NCBI GenBank assembly: GCA_045862955.1
Contig: BTVI01000021.1
Coordinates: 1-62,142 of the forward strand
Source: Fimbriimonadales bacterium
GTDB lineage: Bacteria; Armatimonadota; Fimbriimonadia; Fimbriimonadales; JABRVX01
Length of the DNA stretch: 62,142 nt
Direction: 5' to 3'
Notes under the pieces: model-generated
The model's database searches: none
Seen by the model: the letters and a program-made list of their open reading frames with translations, nothing else
What the model was told of the DNA's origin: nothing
Program-made: the position numbers and the translations under genes
Shown here: piece by piece, positions 10,731-20,413 of the stretch
Numbering within the stretch: the stretch's first letter is position 1
Layout: each line of letters starts with the position of its first letter

Positions 10731-10876
10731 GGTGAGGCGTACGGGATTCTACATCAGCACCGCGCGGAAGGTCGCAAGGTTGCACCTCGATGACTTAAGG
10801 GCCGTGCCGACGACAGCCGCCGACTGAGCGTTGGACTCTCGGGAGCGGCGTCGCGCCGCGGAAAGGGGAAAAGGAA

Positions 10877-11866
10877 CTGGACATTCGTGACGTGTTGATC
10901 ATCGGCGGTGGCCCGGTGGGATTGTTCGGAGCGTTCTACGCGGGGCTGCGCAAGATGACGGTGACGCTGATTGATAGCCTGCCAGACCTCGGCGGGCAGC
11001 TCACCGCGCTCTACCCGGAAAAGTACATCTATGACATGCCGGGCTTCCCGAAGGTTCTCGCGCGCGACCTCGTGGCGAGTATGTCCGAGCAGGGCCTCCA
11101 ATTCGGCGCCGAGGTCTTCCTGGACGAGCAGTGTTTGACGCTGGAGCAGACTGCAGATGGTTGGCTACTAACCACTGCGGAGCGAGAGCACCTCGGGCGG
11201 ACCGTCATCATCACCGCGGGCGTGGGTTCCTTCACCCCGCGAAGGCTGGGACTGCCAGAAGAAGAACGCTTTCTGGGCAAAGGCCTCTACTACGGCGTGC
11301 GAGAACGGTCCAACTTTGTAGTAGAAAACCTGATCATTGTTGGCGGCGGAGATTCCGCGTTCGACTGGGCACTCGCGCTCCATCCGGATGCAGGCCATAC
11401 CCGGTTGGTGCATCGGCGCGACGTTTTCGCGGCCCACGAAGAAACGGTGGAGCAGGTGCTGGCGAGCCCGGTCGAGGTGCTGACCTTCCGTGAGGTGGTG
11501 GGGCTCCACGGCGACGAACGGCTTCGCTCCGTAACGCTGAGACATACCAAGACCGGCGAGACGGAGGAGGTCCCCGCGGACGCCGTCAGCGTCAACATTG
11601 GTTTCGTGGCAGACATCGGGCCGTTGAAGGATTGGGGGCTCGATCTGGACGGGAGCCGCATCCGTGTGAACGAGCGCAGGGAGACGAACTTGCCGGGGGT
11701 GTTCGCTGCGGGCGACATCGCCTCCTACGAGGGAAAGCTGAAGCTGATCGCCACGGGTGTGGGTGAGGTGTGCACCGCCGTTAACTATGCGAAGACGCGA
11801 ATAGACCCCAGCGCCTCGCTCTTCCCTGGCCACACGACCAATATGACCCTGCCCGAACGCCGATAG
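10877..11866 (+). CDS. Ferredoxin-NADP+ reductase, TrxR-like (YumC family); start CTG 10877 or GTG 10892
   Basis: IIGGGPVG, LGGQLTALYPEKYIYD, GGGDSAFDWA, GKLKLIATG; no TrxR CxxC. Confidence 0.88.
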   Translation: MDIRDVLIIGGGPVGLFGAFYAGLRKMTVTLIDSLPDLGGQLTALYPEKYIYDMPGFPKVLARDLVASMSEQGLQFGAEVFLDEQCLTLEQTADGWLLTTAEREHLGRTVIITAGVGSFTPRRLGLPEEERFLGKGLYYGVRERSNFVVENLIIVGGGDSAFDWALALHPDAGHTRLVHRRDVFAAHEETVEQVLASPVEVLTFREVVGLHGDERLRSVTLRHTKTGETEEVPADAVSVNIGFVADIGPLKDWGLDLDGSRIRVNERRETNLPGVFAAGDIASYEGKLKLIATGVGEVCTAVNYAKTRIDPSASLFPGHTTNMTLPERR

Positions 11867-11873
11867 GCCGAGC

Positions 11874-12272
11874 TCACGCCGAGGTCATGGCCCCCTCTCG
11901 CAGGTGGCTCAGGACGCGCAGAATCGCGTCCGGGTCCATGGGATGCCTGAGGTATGCGTACAAGAAGCCCGGCCAGCCGACCATCTGTTCGGCTTCCTCG
12001 TCCGGCGGCAGCGCAATCAGGATCAGCGGCACGGGGCTCAGCTTCGGATCTCCCATCTTCTCCTCGGCAAAGCGCTCGTACGGCTCGATCGCGCCACCCG
12101 GACCCAGCGCGGCCAGTAGCTCCAGGACCATCGCATCGCACGGACGCGAGCGAGCCTCTTGAAGCATGTCGGACCAGCGGTCGAACACCTCGACTTCGTG
12201 GCCGCGAGCCAGCAGCGAGTTCACCGTGGATGCGGCCGTCTCCGCGGCTGCACAGCACAACAGCACTCTCAT
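11874..12272 (-). CDS. Degenerate receiver-like (pseudo-receiver) protein
   Basis: MRVLL...PCDAMVLE...VPLILI...AYLRHP follows the receiver fold pattern but lacks the acidic pocket, phospho-Asp and Lys. Confidence 0.5.
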   Translation of the reverse strand: MRVLLCCAAAETAASTVNSLLARGHEVEVFDRWSDMLQEARSRPCDAMVLELLAALGPGGAIEPYERFAEEKMGDPKLSPVPLILIALPPDEEAEQMVGWPGFLYAYLRHPMDPDAILRVLSHLREGAMTSA

Positions 12273-12301
12273 CGCGCTTATCCTTTCGAGCAAACCAGTG
12301 G

Positions 12302-12694
12302 CTACAGTCGTATCCGACTGCGCAGTTCTTCTAGCTTTCGTGGCCCGATCCCCTTGACCCTCTGCAACTGGTCAACGGAAGCGAAGGGGCCGTTCCGCAC
12401 GCGATCCTGCACGATCTCGCGCGCGAGGTCTGGTCCGATGCCGGGCAGCGTCTCCAGCTCGTCCTGTCCGGCGGTGTTGATGCTGACGGGGGCTTGCGGC
12501 TGCGCTGGATGCACGGAAGCATGCACCGCCGCAGCGGTCGCGGCGGGTGGCTTTGGCTTCGAAGCGGGCTTCTGCTCTGCAGGCGGCGTGCGAAAGGCGA
12601 TGACGGCGGCTGCCACCATCAGGCATGCGGCCACGATTGCCACCACCAGCCGCTCGCCGGGAGCCCAGCGATCCCAGTGCTCGCGCGTGATCAC
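12302..12694 (-). CDS. comEA: ComEA-family helix-hairpin-helix DNA-binding protein
   Basis: INTAGQDELETLPGIGP...NGPFASVDQLQRVKGIG; N-terminal TM; GTG start overlaps upstream TGA (GTGA). Confidence 0.85.
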   Translation of the reverse strand: MITREHWDRWAPGERLVVAIVAACLMVAAAVIAFRTPPAEQKPASKPKPPAATAAAVHASVHPAQPQAPVSINTAGQDELETLPGIGPDLAREIVQDRVRNGPFASVDQLQRVKGIGPRKLEELRSRIRL

Positions 12695-13299
12695 CGGAAT
12701 CCACCGTTCGGCGAGGACACCGGTTGAGGGCGGAGGATGGGCGGATCGCCGCGCCCCGTCTTGTCCACCTTTTCGTACCGGAACATCACCCACCCGTACG
12801 AGTAGCGCCATATCTCGCGCGGAAGCTCGCGATTGTCTTCCGTGATCAGGTAGCCGCGCTCGATGCTTCGCGGCTCACCCAGTCGCTCACGGACGTCTTC
12901 TTTGGTGTGCCCTTCCATGATGCCTGCGATCGCGGTCGCGCCGTTACCTGACGATTGGCTCTGCTTCAGGTCTCGCAGGGCGCGCTCCGTAGGTGAGAGC
13001 CCCAGCGCATCCCGCACCGAGCGCTCGACCGGCTCTTCGGTCGGCGTAACAACCAGCGGCGACTTGCGGACGAGGAAGTAGGCGGTTAGGCCAGCCCCGG
13101 CAAGTAGGAAGAACAGGGCCAAAGCCGCCGCAAGACCACAGCTCATCTGGCGAGGCGGGCGGGTAGCGTAGAATGGGTAGGGCGCGCCGGGCGGAGGTGC
13201 CGCCTGCCCGAACGGCATGCGGCACTGCCAACAAGCAGCGGCTCCCGCCATGTTGTTCGCCCCGCAGTTGGGGCACTGGAACCGATCCGGGCCCGTCAT
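12691..13299 (-). CDS. Hypothetical Zn-ribbon single-pass membrane protein with SmpA/BamE-like C-terminus
   Basis: CPNC..CWQC, Pro-rich linker, TM helix, GHTKEDVRERLGEP...WRY. Confidence 0.65.
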   Translation of the reverse strand: MTGPDRFQCPNCGANNMAGAAACWQCRMPFGQAAPPPGAPYPFYATRPPRQMSCGLAAALALFFLLAGAGLTAYFLVRKSPLVVTPTEEPVERSVRDALGLSPTERALRDLKQSQSSGNGATAIAGIMEGHTKEDVRERLGEPRSIERGYLITEDNRELPREIWRYSYGWVMFRYEKVDKTGRGDPPILRPQPVSSPNGGFR

Positions 13300-13463
13300 A
13301 TTCGCCCCTTCTTTGCCGCCGCGCTCGACGGCGCGACACCGTCATTCTAACGCATCTGCTCCCCATTTTCGTCCGGGAGGCAATGCTCCTGGCTTCATAC
13401 GGTTCGGGCAAGGTGCATCCCGCACCGGCTAGGCTGCGTATTACAGGCGGAGGTGGTGGAACG

Positions 13464-13631
13464 ATGAAGCTGCCGAAGCCGAAGAGAGACAAACCCAGCG
13501 CAATCAGGAAGGTAATCGAGGAAGCCAGGGAGCTGGACCTGAAGGGTGCGTTGAAGCGGACGCTGAAGGACCTGGAGAAGGCAGGCAACGAGCCGATGCA
13601 GCGCGACATCCCCAAGGACCGCGAGGACTAG
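13464..13631 (+). CDS. Small hypothetical protein (55 aa, highly charged)
   Basis: GGAGG RBS then MKLPKPKRDKPSAIRKVIEEARELDLKGALKRTLKDLEKAGNEPMQRDIPKDRED; host-like codon usage. Confidence 0.6.
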   Translation: MKLPKPKRDKPSAIRKVIEEARELDLKGALKRTLKDLEKAGNEPMQRDIPKDRED

Positions 13632-13856
13632 CGCTCAACCCGGGCAGCGCCCGCGGTCCCGCAGTCTCGACCGCCTGCCGGCTGGACTTCGGTGCCCCAC
13701 GCCCAGCGGCCTCTGCGAGAGGAAGAGGCATGGGGAGGGGGTCGAGTCCGGCAGCACCGAACGCACTCGTTGTCCCCTCCTGCCGCCGCGAAGTACGCCT
13801 CCTTCTCAGCTGGACGTGACTGTTGCCGTCCCTACCCGACAAGGTAGCATGGACAT

Positions 13857-14624
13857 ATGCATTACTGGCTGATGGTTGCTGCTGGAATGGCACTGCTGCC
13901 GAAGCCGACCGTGGTCATGATCCACGGTGCCGGCGGTGGTGGATGGGAGTACGATTCTTGGAGGCCGGTGTTCGAGAATGCGGGGTGGACCGTCGTCGCG
14001 CCGGACTTGATGCCGAGCGAGAAGGGGCTTGCCGAGACCACATTCGATGACTACGTGACTCAGGTGGTAGAGGTGTGCCGCAAACACGAGCGTGTGGTGC
14101 TAGTCGGTGCCAGCATGGGTGGCATCATCGCACTGAAGGCTGCGGAGAAGGTCCGGCCCATCGCCGTGGTGCTGGTAAACGGGTCGGCACCCAAAGGACT
14201 CTCCGGCAGGGACGAGCCCGCGCAAGAGGTGCCCGACATCATCCGCTGGGCCGGCGGTCCCATAGAAGACAGCCGCACCGCCATGCCCGATAGCGACGAG
14301 GCAACCATCCAGAAGGCATGGAAACGGTGGCGAGACGAGTCCGGCAAGGTGATACGTGCCATCCGAGAGGGAGTAGAGGCCCGACGGCCTGGGTGCTCCG
14401 TGTTAGTGGTGATAGGTCGCGAGGACGACACGATCCCACCGGAAACGAGTCGCCGTGTGGCCGAGGCAATGGCGGCGGACGTTCACGAGTACGCTGGCAT
14501 GAGCCACGTCGGGCCGTTGCTCGGCAAACGCGCTGCCGAGGTGGCAGGTGCGGTCGTTGCGTGGCTGGATGCTCGTCTAGGACCCAACGCCCCTGCGCCC
14601 AATCAGCCCAACTACTCACGCTAA
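13857..14624 (+). CDS. Alpha/beta-fold hydrolase
   Basis: IHGAGGG oxyanion motif, GASMGG nucleophile elbow, D(DT) and H(VG) triad residues. Confidence 0.88.
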   Translation: MHYWLMVAAGMALLPKPTVVMIHGAGGGGWEYDSWRPVFENAGWTVVAPDLMPSEKGLAETTFDDYVTQVVEVCRKHERVVLVGASMGGIIALKAAEKVRPIAVVLVNGSAPKGLSGRDEPAQEVPDIIRWAGGPIEDSRTAMPDSDEATIQKAWKRWRDESGKVIRAIREGVEARRPGCSVLVVIGREDDTIPPETSRRVAEAMAADVHEYAGMSHVGPLLGKRAAEVAGAVVAWLDARLGPNAPAPNQPNYSR

Positions 14625-14673
14625 CCGCATTGGGTGTGTACCGAACGCGAGAGGTGGCAGCAGTCTCCAGCTA

Positions 14674-15708
14674 CTACGTGGTCTCGCGAAGCGGCTTCGG
14701 GCCGCAGCGAGCGAGCAGCGGGCCGCGGCGCGAGGCGCGAATCTGAAGGATCTCGGCCAGGATAGAGATCGCGATCTCAGCCACCGTCTCGGCCCCGATA
14801 GGCAATCCCATCGGTGAACGAACTCGGTCGAACACCTCTTCGGTGCAAACGCCTTGCGAAACGAACTCCTTACGCATCACCGCGACCTTGCGTCTGCTGC
14901 CTATCATGCCTATGTAGGCCGCGCGGGAGTGGACAACCTCGCGCAGCACCGCAGCATCGTTTCGATGCCCCCTCGTTACGATGCATAGGTAGGTGTGTTC
15001 GTCGATAGGCAGCCTCCGTGCAGCCGCCTCGGGCAGTTCTACCAGGACATCATGTGCAAAAGGGACGCGCTCGCGATTCGCGAACGCGGCGCGGTCGTCC
15101 ACGATCGTTACCTGGAAGTCACACTTCGCCGCCCACTCGCACAGCACCGCGCCGATGTGTCCCGCGCCGAAGACGATCATCCTATCAGGGGGACGTACCG
15201 GCTCTATGAACACGCGACCATCCTCTTCGTCTGCCAGCACCTCCCGTTCCGCCTCCAGTGCGCGCCGGCCTGCGTCGGAGGTCGGCTCACTCTCCCATGT
15301 CACCTCTCCAGCGTGTGGACCCGTGAGTCGGTATACTAACACCCCGCTCGTACCACTGGCGCGCGCTCGATTGGCCTCGCGCAGTGCATCTGCGAACGAA
15401 GCCGGACGCGGATGCAATAGCACCTGCACCCTTCCGCCACAGATCAACCCGTCGTCCCAACCGAAGTCGTCATCCATCGCGAACTCGCGGTACACCGGGC
15501 TGCCGCTGCGTAGCGCATCCAGAGCGAGTCGCCGACACTCTGCTTCGAGGCACCCGCCACCCAGGGTGCCCATCACCCTCCCATCGGCCAGGAACAACCC
15601 CTTGGCTCCTGGTTGCTGTGGAGCCGAGCCGGACTTGGCTACTACTACTCCGAGACAGAACGGCTCGCCTTCGTCGAGCAGTTTTTCCGCCCATTGCAGG
15701 GTAGTCAT
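14674..15708 (-). CDS. xdhC: XdhC/CoxI-family molybdoenzyme maturation factor
   Basis: GSAPQQPGAK, GTLGGGCLE, GLICGG, FGAGHIG, YIGMIGSRRK, EIAISILAEI. Confidence 0.9.
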   Translation of the reverse strand: MTTLQWAEKLLDEGEPFCLGVVVAKSGSAPQQPGAKGLFLADGRVMGTLGGGCLEAECRRLALDALRSGSPVYREFAMDDDFGWDDGLICGGRVQVLLHPRPASFADALREANRARASGTSGVLVYRLTGPHAGEVTWESEPTSDAGRRALEAEREVLADEEDGRVFIEPVRPPDRMIVFGAGHIGAVLCEWAAKCDFQVTIVDDRAAFANRERVPFAHDVLVELPEAAARRLPIDEHTYLCIVTRGHRNDAAVLREVVHSRAAYIGMIGSRRKVAVMRKEFVSQGVCTEEVFDRVRSPMGLPIGAETVAEIAISILAEILQIRASRRGPLLARCGPKPLRETT

Positions 15709-17522
15709 CTCGGGTATAACGCTTCCATCACTGAAGCTGCAATGGCATGATTGCCGAACGGTGGCATGAGGTAGACGCCCTGCGCCATGCGCTGCACCTG
15801 CACCACGAAGTCCCGCGCGAGCGCGATACCAATCTCGCCCGCCTCCGTCTCGTTTGCATCTTCGAGTTGTTTCCTAATCCACTCGGGAATGTGAATACCG
15901 GGTACCTCGTTATGCATGAACTCGGCATGGCGGGAGCTGCGCAACGGCAACACGCCTATCAGAACAGGCAGACCAGCGCGGGCGCACGCTTCTACCGCCC
16001 GCTCTGCCACGTCGGGATCGAAGAGGGGCTGCGTGTACGCTGCGTGTGCTCCAGCATCGGCCTTGCGATGAAGACGTTCTGTTTCCAAGCCCATGTCACT
16101 CGCCAAAGGATCGAAAGCGACGGCGATGGTGAAGTTCGTAAGCACGCCGATGCTGTTGCCGGCCATATCCACGCCCTCGTTCATGCGGCGTAGCACGCGA
16201 ACCAGCCCGACCGAGTCCAGGTCGAACACGCTGGTAGCCGTAGGGTAATCGCCTATCTGCGCGGGATCCCCCGTCACCGCCAGGATGTTGCGAATGCCGA
16301 GCGCGTGGGCACCGAGCAGGTCCGCCTGAATGGCGAGCAGATTCCTGTCGCGGCACGAGAAGTGCATCATAACCTCGATGCCGCACTGTTCTTGAATTAG
16401 GCGCGAGACCGCCACGGGGTTCATGCGAAGCCGGGCCCGCGCACCGTCCGAGATGTCGATCACGTCGGCGCCCTTTTCCTTCAGGGCGCGAGCACCGTGC
16501 AACACCTTGCTCATGTCCAGGCCGCGTGGTAGGTCCAGCTCCACCGCCACCTGGAATCGCTTGCCTAGGTTCGCGCCGAACCGTGAGCGCTCCGCTTCGG
16601 GAAGGGGCTTCGCTTCTTCGCGCTCGCGCGTTACCGCCACTCCGGGTCGGCGACCCGGCAACCTTCCCTTGACCAGGACGCCTACCGCCCGGATGTGCTC
16701 CGGGGTCACACCGCAACACCCTCCCACGATGTTGGCCCCTGCCTCCGCCAAGCGAGCGCAATACTTGGCGAAGTACTCGGGAGTGGTGTCGTACATGATC
16801 CGACCGCGCACGAGCTGCGGCAGGCCGGGAGTGGGCATCACGCAAATGGGCAGGTCCGTCGCGCCTGCCATCTGACGCACGACGTCCAACATGCGCTGCG
16901 GACCGATCGTGCAGTTCGCGCCGACCACGTCCACCCCCCACGAAGCGACCTCCGCTGCAACCCGCTCGGGCAGGCCGGCTGCAAGGGTGTCCCCATCCTC
17001 GATGAAGGTCTTGCTTGCGATGAGGGGCTTATCCGTCAGCTCTCGAGCCACACGTGCGGCGATGCGGAACTCGTGCATGTCGTAGAAGGTCTCGAGCAGC
17101 AAGCCGTCCGGGTCTTCCTCCAACAGCGCCTCGATCTGTTCGCGAAAGGCCTCCTCGGCTACTTCGTCCGGGATGGAGCCTACTGGCGCGAGAGGCTTGC
17201 CGACCGGGCCGACCCCTGCCAGCACGTAGGCATTGCTTCCAGCTGCGGCTTTGGCTAGCCGCACCGCCTGTCGGTTCAGCTCACCCACCCGCTCCTCCAG
17301 GTCGTAGGGCTGCAGCTTCACGCGGTTCGAGCTATAGGTAATGGTCTCGATCAGCTCCGCTCCCGCCTCCAGGTACTTCCGGTGCACCTCCACCACCCAG
17401 TCGGGGTGCGTGAGGCAAGCCATGTCGAAGGGCGGGTGTAGGCCCATGTCTTGCAGCACGGTGCCCATAGCCCCGTCCGCCAGCAGAACGGGACCCTTCA
17501 AGCGGTCTAGCAGCGGTTGCAC
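15705..17522 (-). CDS. yitJ: Bifunctional homocysteine S-methyltransferase / methylenetetrahydrofolate reductase (YitJ-like)
   Basis: DGAMGT, GANCTIGP, GGCCG Zn motif; C-terminal MetF-like HFSCRDRNL, TGDP. Confidence 0.9.
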   Translation of the reverse strand: MQPLLDRLKGPVLLADGAMGTVLQDMGLHPPFDMACLTHPDWVVEVHRKYLEAGAELIETITYSSNRVKLQPYDLEERVGELNRQAVRLAKAAAGSNAYVLAGVGPVGKPLAPVGSIPDEVAEEAFREQIEALLEEDPDGLLLETFYDMHEFRIAARVARELTDKPLIASKTFIEDGDTLAAGLPERVAAEVASWGVDVVGANCTIGPQRMLDVVRQMAGATDLPICVMPTPGLPQLVRGRIMYDTTPEYFAKYCARLAEAGANIVGGCCGVTPEHIRAVGVLVKGRLPGRRPGVAVTREREEAKPLPEAERSRFGANLGKRFQVAVELDLPRGLDMSKVLHGARALKEKGADVIDISDGARARLRMNPVAVSRLIQEQCGIEVMMHFSCRDRNLLAIQADLLGAHALGIRNILAVTGDPAQIGDYPTATSVFDLDSVGLVRVLRRMNEGVDMAGNSIGVLTNFTIAVAFDPLASDMGLETERLHRKADAGAHAAYTQPLFDPDVAERAVEACARAGLPVLIGVLPLRSSRHAEFMHNEVPGIHIPEWIRKQLEDANETEAGEIGIALARDFVVQVQRMAQGVYLMPPFGNHAIAASVMEALYPR

Positions 17523-17546
17523 GGTGCGGGCAATTGTACTCGGCAG

Positions 17547-18509
17547 CTAACGCCGGAGCTTTCGCGAGACCCCCTCGGCCGGGTGCTGGGCTGCCTGGTC
17601 CCGCAATTTCTGCAGGTTCGGGAGCCCGCTCTCCTGCTCAGCCAACCACTCGCGCGCGAAGGCTCCACTCCGGATCTCCCGAAGAAGTTCTCGCATTGCC
17701 GCGCGGCTCGCCTCTCCCACCACCCGAGGACCGCGCGTCAGATCGCCATACAGCGCGGTGTCCGAGATGCGTTCCCGCATGCCCGCGATCCCGTGCTCGT
17801 GAACCAGGTCTGCCAGCAGCTTCACCTGATGGATGCACTCGAAGTACGCGATCTCCTCGGGATAGCCTGCCTCCACCAGAGTCTCGAACCCCGCGAGCAT
17901 CAGCGCGGTCAAGCCCCCACACAGCACTGCCTGCTCGCCGAAGAGGTCGGTCTCCGTCTCCTCCCGCACGCTGCTCTCCATCACACCGACCCTGCCACAG
18001 CCCAGCGCCTTCGCGTAGGCGAGAGCGGCTGCACGAGCCGACCCCGTGGCGTCTCGGTGGACCGCCACCAGGCCGGCAACCCCAGATCCCTGCTCGTACA
18101 GTTCGCGCATCGTGGGGCCGGCCCCCATCGGTGCCACCAGCACGACATCTACCTCACTGGGCGGCTGCACCACGTCGTAGAGCAGGCTGAATCCGTGTGC
18201 AAAGACCAACGTAGCCCCTGGCCTCAGCGATGGGCCAACAGCCGCGAAGACCTCTCGGTGTGCGCGCTCCGGCACGAGCAAGGCGATCAGGTCGGCCTTT
18301 GCCGCCGCCTCCGCGATCTCGGCAACCGGCAGGCCGTCGGCCTCGGCTCTCTCCCGGCTCGGCCCGTAGCGCACGCCGACATGCACGTCGACCCCTGAGT
18401 CGCGTAGGCACAAGGCCTGAGCACGACCCTGCGACCCGAATCCGATGACCGCTACCTGCTTGCCGACGAGGGGCTCCGAGGAGATGTCGGCGTCGTGCAA
18501 CATGAGCAT
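17547..18509 (-). CDS. ilvC: Ketol-acid reductoisomerase
   Basis: VAVIGFGSQGRAQA, FAHGF, ETETDLFGEQAVLCGG, AYFECIH, ISDTALYG; start re-placed. Confidence 0.95.
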   Translation of the reverse strand: MLMLHDADISSEPLVGKQVAVIGFGSQGRAQALCLRDSGVDVHVGVRYGPSRERAEADGLPVAEIAEAAAKADLIALLVPERAHREVFAAVGPSLRPGATLVFAHGFSLLYDVVQPPSEVDVVLVAPMGAGPTMRELYEQGSGVAGLVAVHRDATGSARAAALAYAKALGCGRVGVMESSVREETETDLFGEQAVLCGGLTALMLAGFETLVEAGYPEEIAYFECIHQVKLLADLVHEHGIAGMRERISDTALYGDLTRGPRVVGEASRAAMRELLREIRSGAFAREWLAEQESGLPNLQKLRDQAAQHPAEGVSRKLRR

Positions 18510-18767
18510 GGGAGCAAGGTACCAGAAGGAGGACCCGTCGCGGGGTCGCGGTCTAGGCTCGGATGTCCAATCGGCGTCCCCGTACGCCATCGGACTCCGG
18601 CTCTTGGGCCGGCTGAGGAAGCCGTTCTTGTTGCGCCTTTAGCGCCTTGCGAAAAGCACTCGTCTGCATCGCCGAGGCCTTGGATGCCTGTGCCGCTCGC
18701 GGAAGAGGCTTTCGGACCGCAGGCTCCGCACTGGGAGGCTGTGGGTACGGGGTCGTGGGCTCTGTCC

Positions 18768-19238
18768 TCACGACTCACACTCCCGCAGGCTCACCGTCAC
18801 TTCGAACTCGCCCAGCTCGCCCAACGTAAGCGGAATGGCGAGGGCCGGAATGTCCAAAGTGGAGACCCGCACGTTGGTGCCGCGCAGGATCGCCGGAGGC
18901 GTGATCGTGGTCCGGATGCCGGCTTCGGCTAGAAGTGTTACGGCATTGCCCGTGATCATGTTGCCTAGTTCCGCCACAGCGCTTGCCGCCAACTGGTCGA
19001 ATGTAACGACAGGCTGGGAGAGCATCTGGGTGGCAATGCGGTCCGCAGTAATGAGCGACATCCCGTAGATCACCTGCCCCTCGAGGGCCCCGGCGATACC
19101 CGCTATCACGTTGCACTGCCTGGTAGTAAACATGCACGGGCGCGCAGAAACCGAGCCTCGCTCCGGCTCCACTCGGAGCACACTCCGTAGTACCGAGATG
19201 GCAGCGGTTATGAACGGGTTGATGTGGTCTACCTTCAT
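18768..19238 (-). CDS. cheX: CheY-P phosphatase CheX
   Basis: INPFI, SAVAELGNMITG, ITPP motifs. Confidence 0.92.
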   Translation of the reverse strand: MKVDHINPFITAAISVLRSVLRVEPERGSVSARPCMFTTRQCNVIAGIAGALEGQVIYGMSLITADRIATQMLSQPVVTFDQLAASAVAELGNMITGNAVTLLAEAGIRTTITPPAILRGTNVRVSTLDIPALAIPLTLGELGEFEVTVSLRECES

Positions 19239-19250
19239 GACGAGTTGTCG

Positions 19251-19616
19251 CTAAGCAGCCTCCAGCTTCTGCACCGCTTCCACCACACGCTCCGGCTGGA
19301 AGGGCTTGACGATGAAGTCCTTGGCGCCCGAGGTGATGGCTTCCTTGACCATGGCTTGTTGGCCCATCGCGGTGCACATAACCACCTTCGCGTCGGGATA
19401 GCGGGCTTTGATCTCCTTAAGCGCCGTGATCCCGTCCATCTCGGGCATCGTGATGTCCATGGTGACGATGTCCGGTTGCAGCCGCCCGTACATCTCGATG
19501 GCTTCCAGGCCGTTGGCGGCCTCCCCGACGACTTCGTAACCAGCTTTGGTCAAGATGTTCTTCAGGGTGACCCGCATGAACAGCGCGTCGTCGATAATCA
19601 GGATGCGCGTAGCCAT
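19251..19616 (-). CDS. cheY: Chemotaxis response regulator CheY
   Basis: ILIIDDALFMR, TMDITMPEMDG, DFIVKPF; single receiver domain. Confidence 0.95.
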   Translation of the reverse strand: MATRILIIDDALFMRVTLKNILTKAGYEVVGEAANGLEAIEMYGRLQPDIVTMDITMPEMDGITALKEIKARYPDAKVVMCTAMGQQAMVKEAITSGAKDFIVKPFQPERVVEAVQKLEAA

Positions 19617-20413
19617 CTGTCTTCGCCTCGCTTCGGTTTTCGGTACACGAACGGTATGGAGGTCTCGAGGCCCAGGTCGCGGTGACGCGGGATGCGCTCT
19701 GTCGAACCCAAAAAGAGCACGCCGCCGGGACGCAGTGCCTCCACGAATCCTCGGTAGAGTCGCTGCTTTGCTGGATCGTTGAGGTAGATCACCACGTTTC
19801 GGCAAAGGATTAGGTCGTAGTCGCTCCCGTAGGGGTCCTGCAGTAGGTCGTGTCGTCGGAACTCCACACATCTTCTCAGAGTGGGCTTCGGGACATAGTT
19901 GTCTCCCCGCTTCTCGAAGAAGGCCTCTCGGCGGGCCTGTGAGACGAATCGCATGTCCGCTTCACTGAACTCCGGGTTGCGTGCACGCTCGAGCGCTTCT
20001 CGGTCTATGTCCGTGCCCAGGATGGTGTGCCTGCCGAGCGGCGCGCTCTCCTGAAGCAGCATTGCTAAGCTGTATGCCTCCGCCCCATACGAACAGCCGG
20101 CGCTCCAAGCTTTTAGAGAAGTCCGGTCGCTGAGCAGCACTGGCAGAACTGCTCTCTGCAACTCGTCCCACTTCTCCGGATTTCTAAGCAGCTCGGACAC
20201 GTTGATTGCCAAACGGTCCAAGAATGCCTGCATGCGACCATCCTCGGCGGTCAGCCAGCTCCAGAACCGCTCGGGCCCTTCGACACCCACGCGTTCCGCC
20301 ATCGAGGCTAACCGCCGGTCCATCTGTGAAGCTCGGTACTGGGTGAGGTCCACGCCGGCGTGTTCACGCACCTTGCGCTTGAAACGGTCCCACCGCAGGT
20401 CGTCGTCATGCAC
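19598..20413 (-). CDS. cheR: Chemotaxis methyltransferase CheR
   Basis: INVSELLRN, WSAGCSYGAEAYSLA, GTDID, DLILCRNVVIY; GTG start overlapping the cheB end. Confidence 0.93.
   Translation of the reverse strand: MHDDDLRWDRFKRKVREHAGVDLTQYRASQMDRRLASMAERVGVEGPERFWSWLTAEDGRMQAFLDRLAINVSELLRNPEKWDELQRAVLPVLLSDRTSLKAWSAGCSYGAEAYSLAMLLQESAPLGRHTILGTDIDREALERARNPEFSEADMRFVSQARREAFFEKRGDNYVPKPTLRRCVEFRRHDLLQDPYGSDYDLILCRNVVIYLNDPAKQRLYRGFVEALRPGGVLFLGSTERIPRHRDLGLETSIPFVYRKPKRGEDRWLRAS

Noticed and set aside
17523..18767. SAM or T-box riboswitch upstream of yitJ/ilvC
   Set aside because: No recognisable consensus; the yitJ gap is only ~24 bp and ilvC looks leaderless
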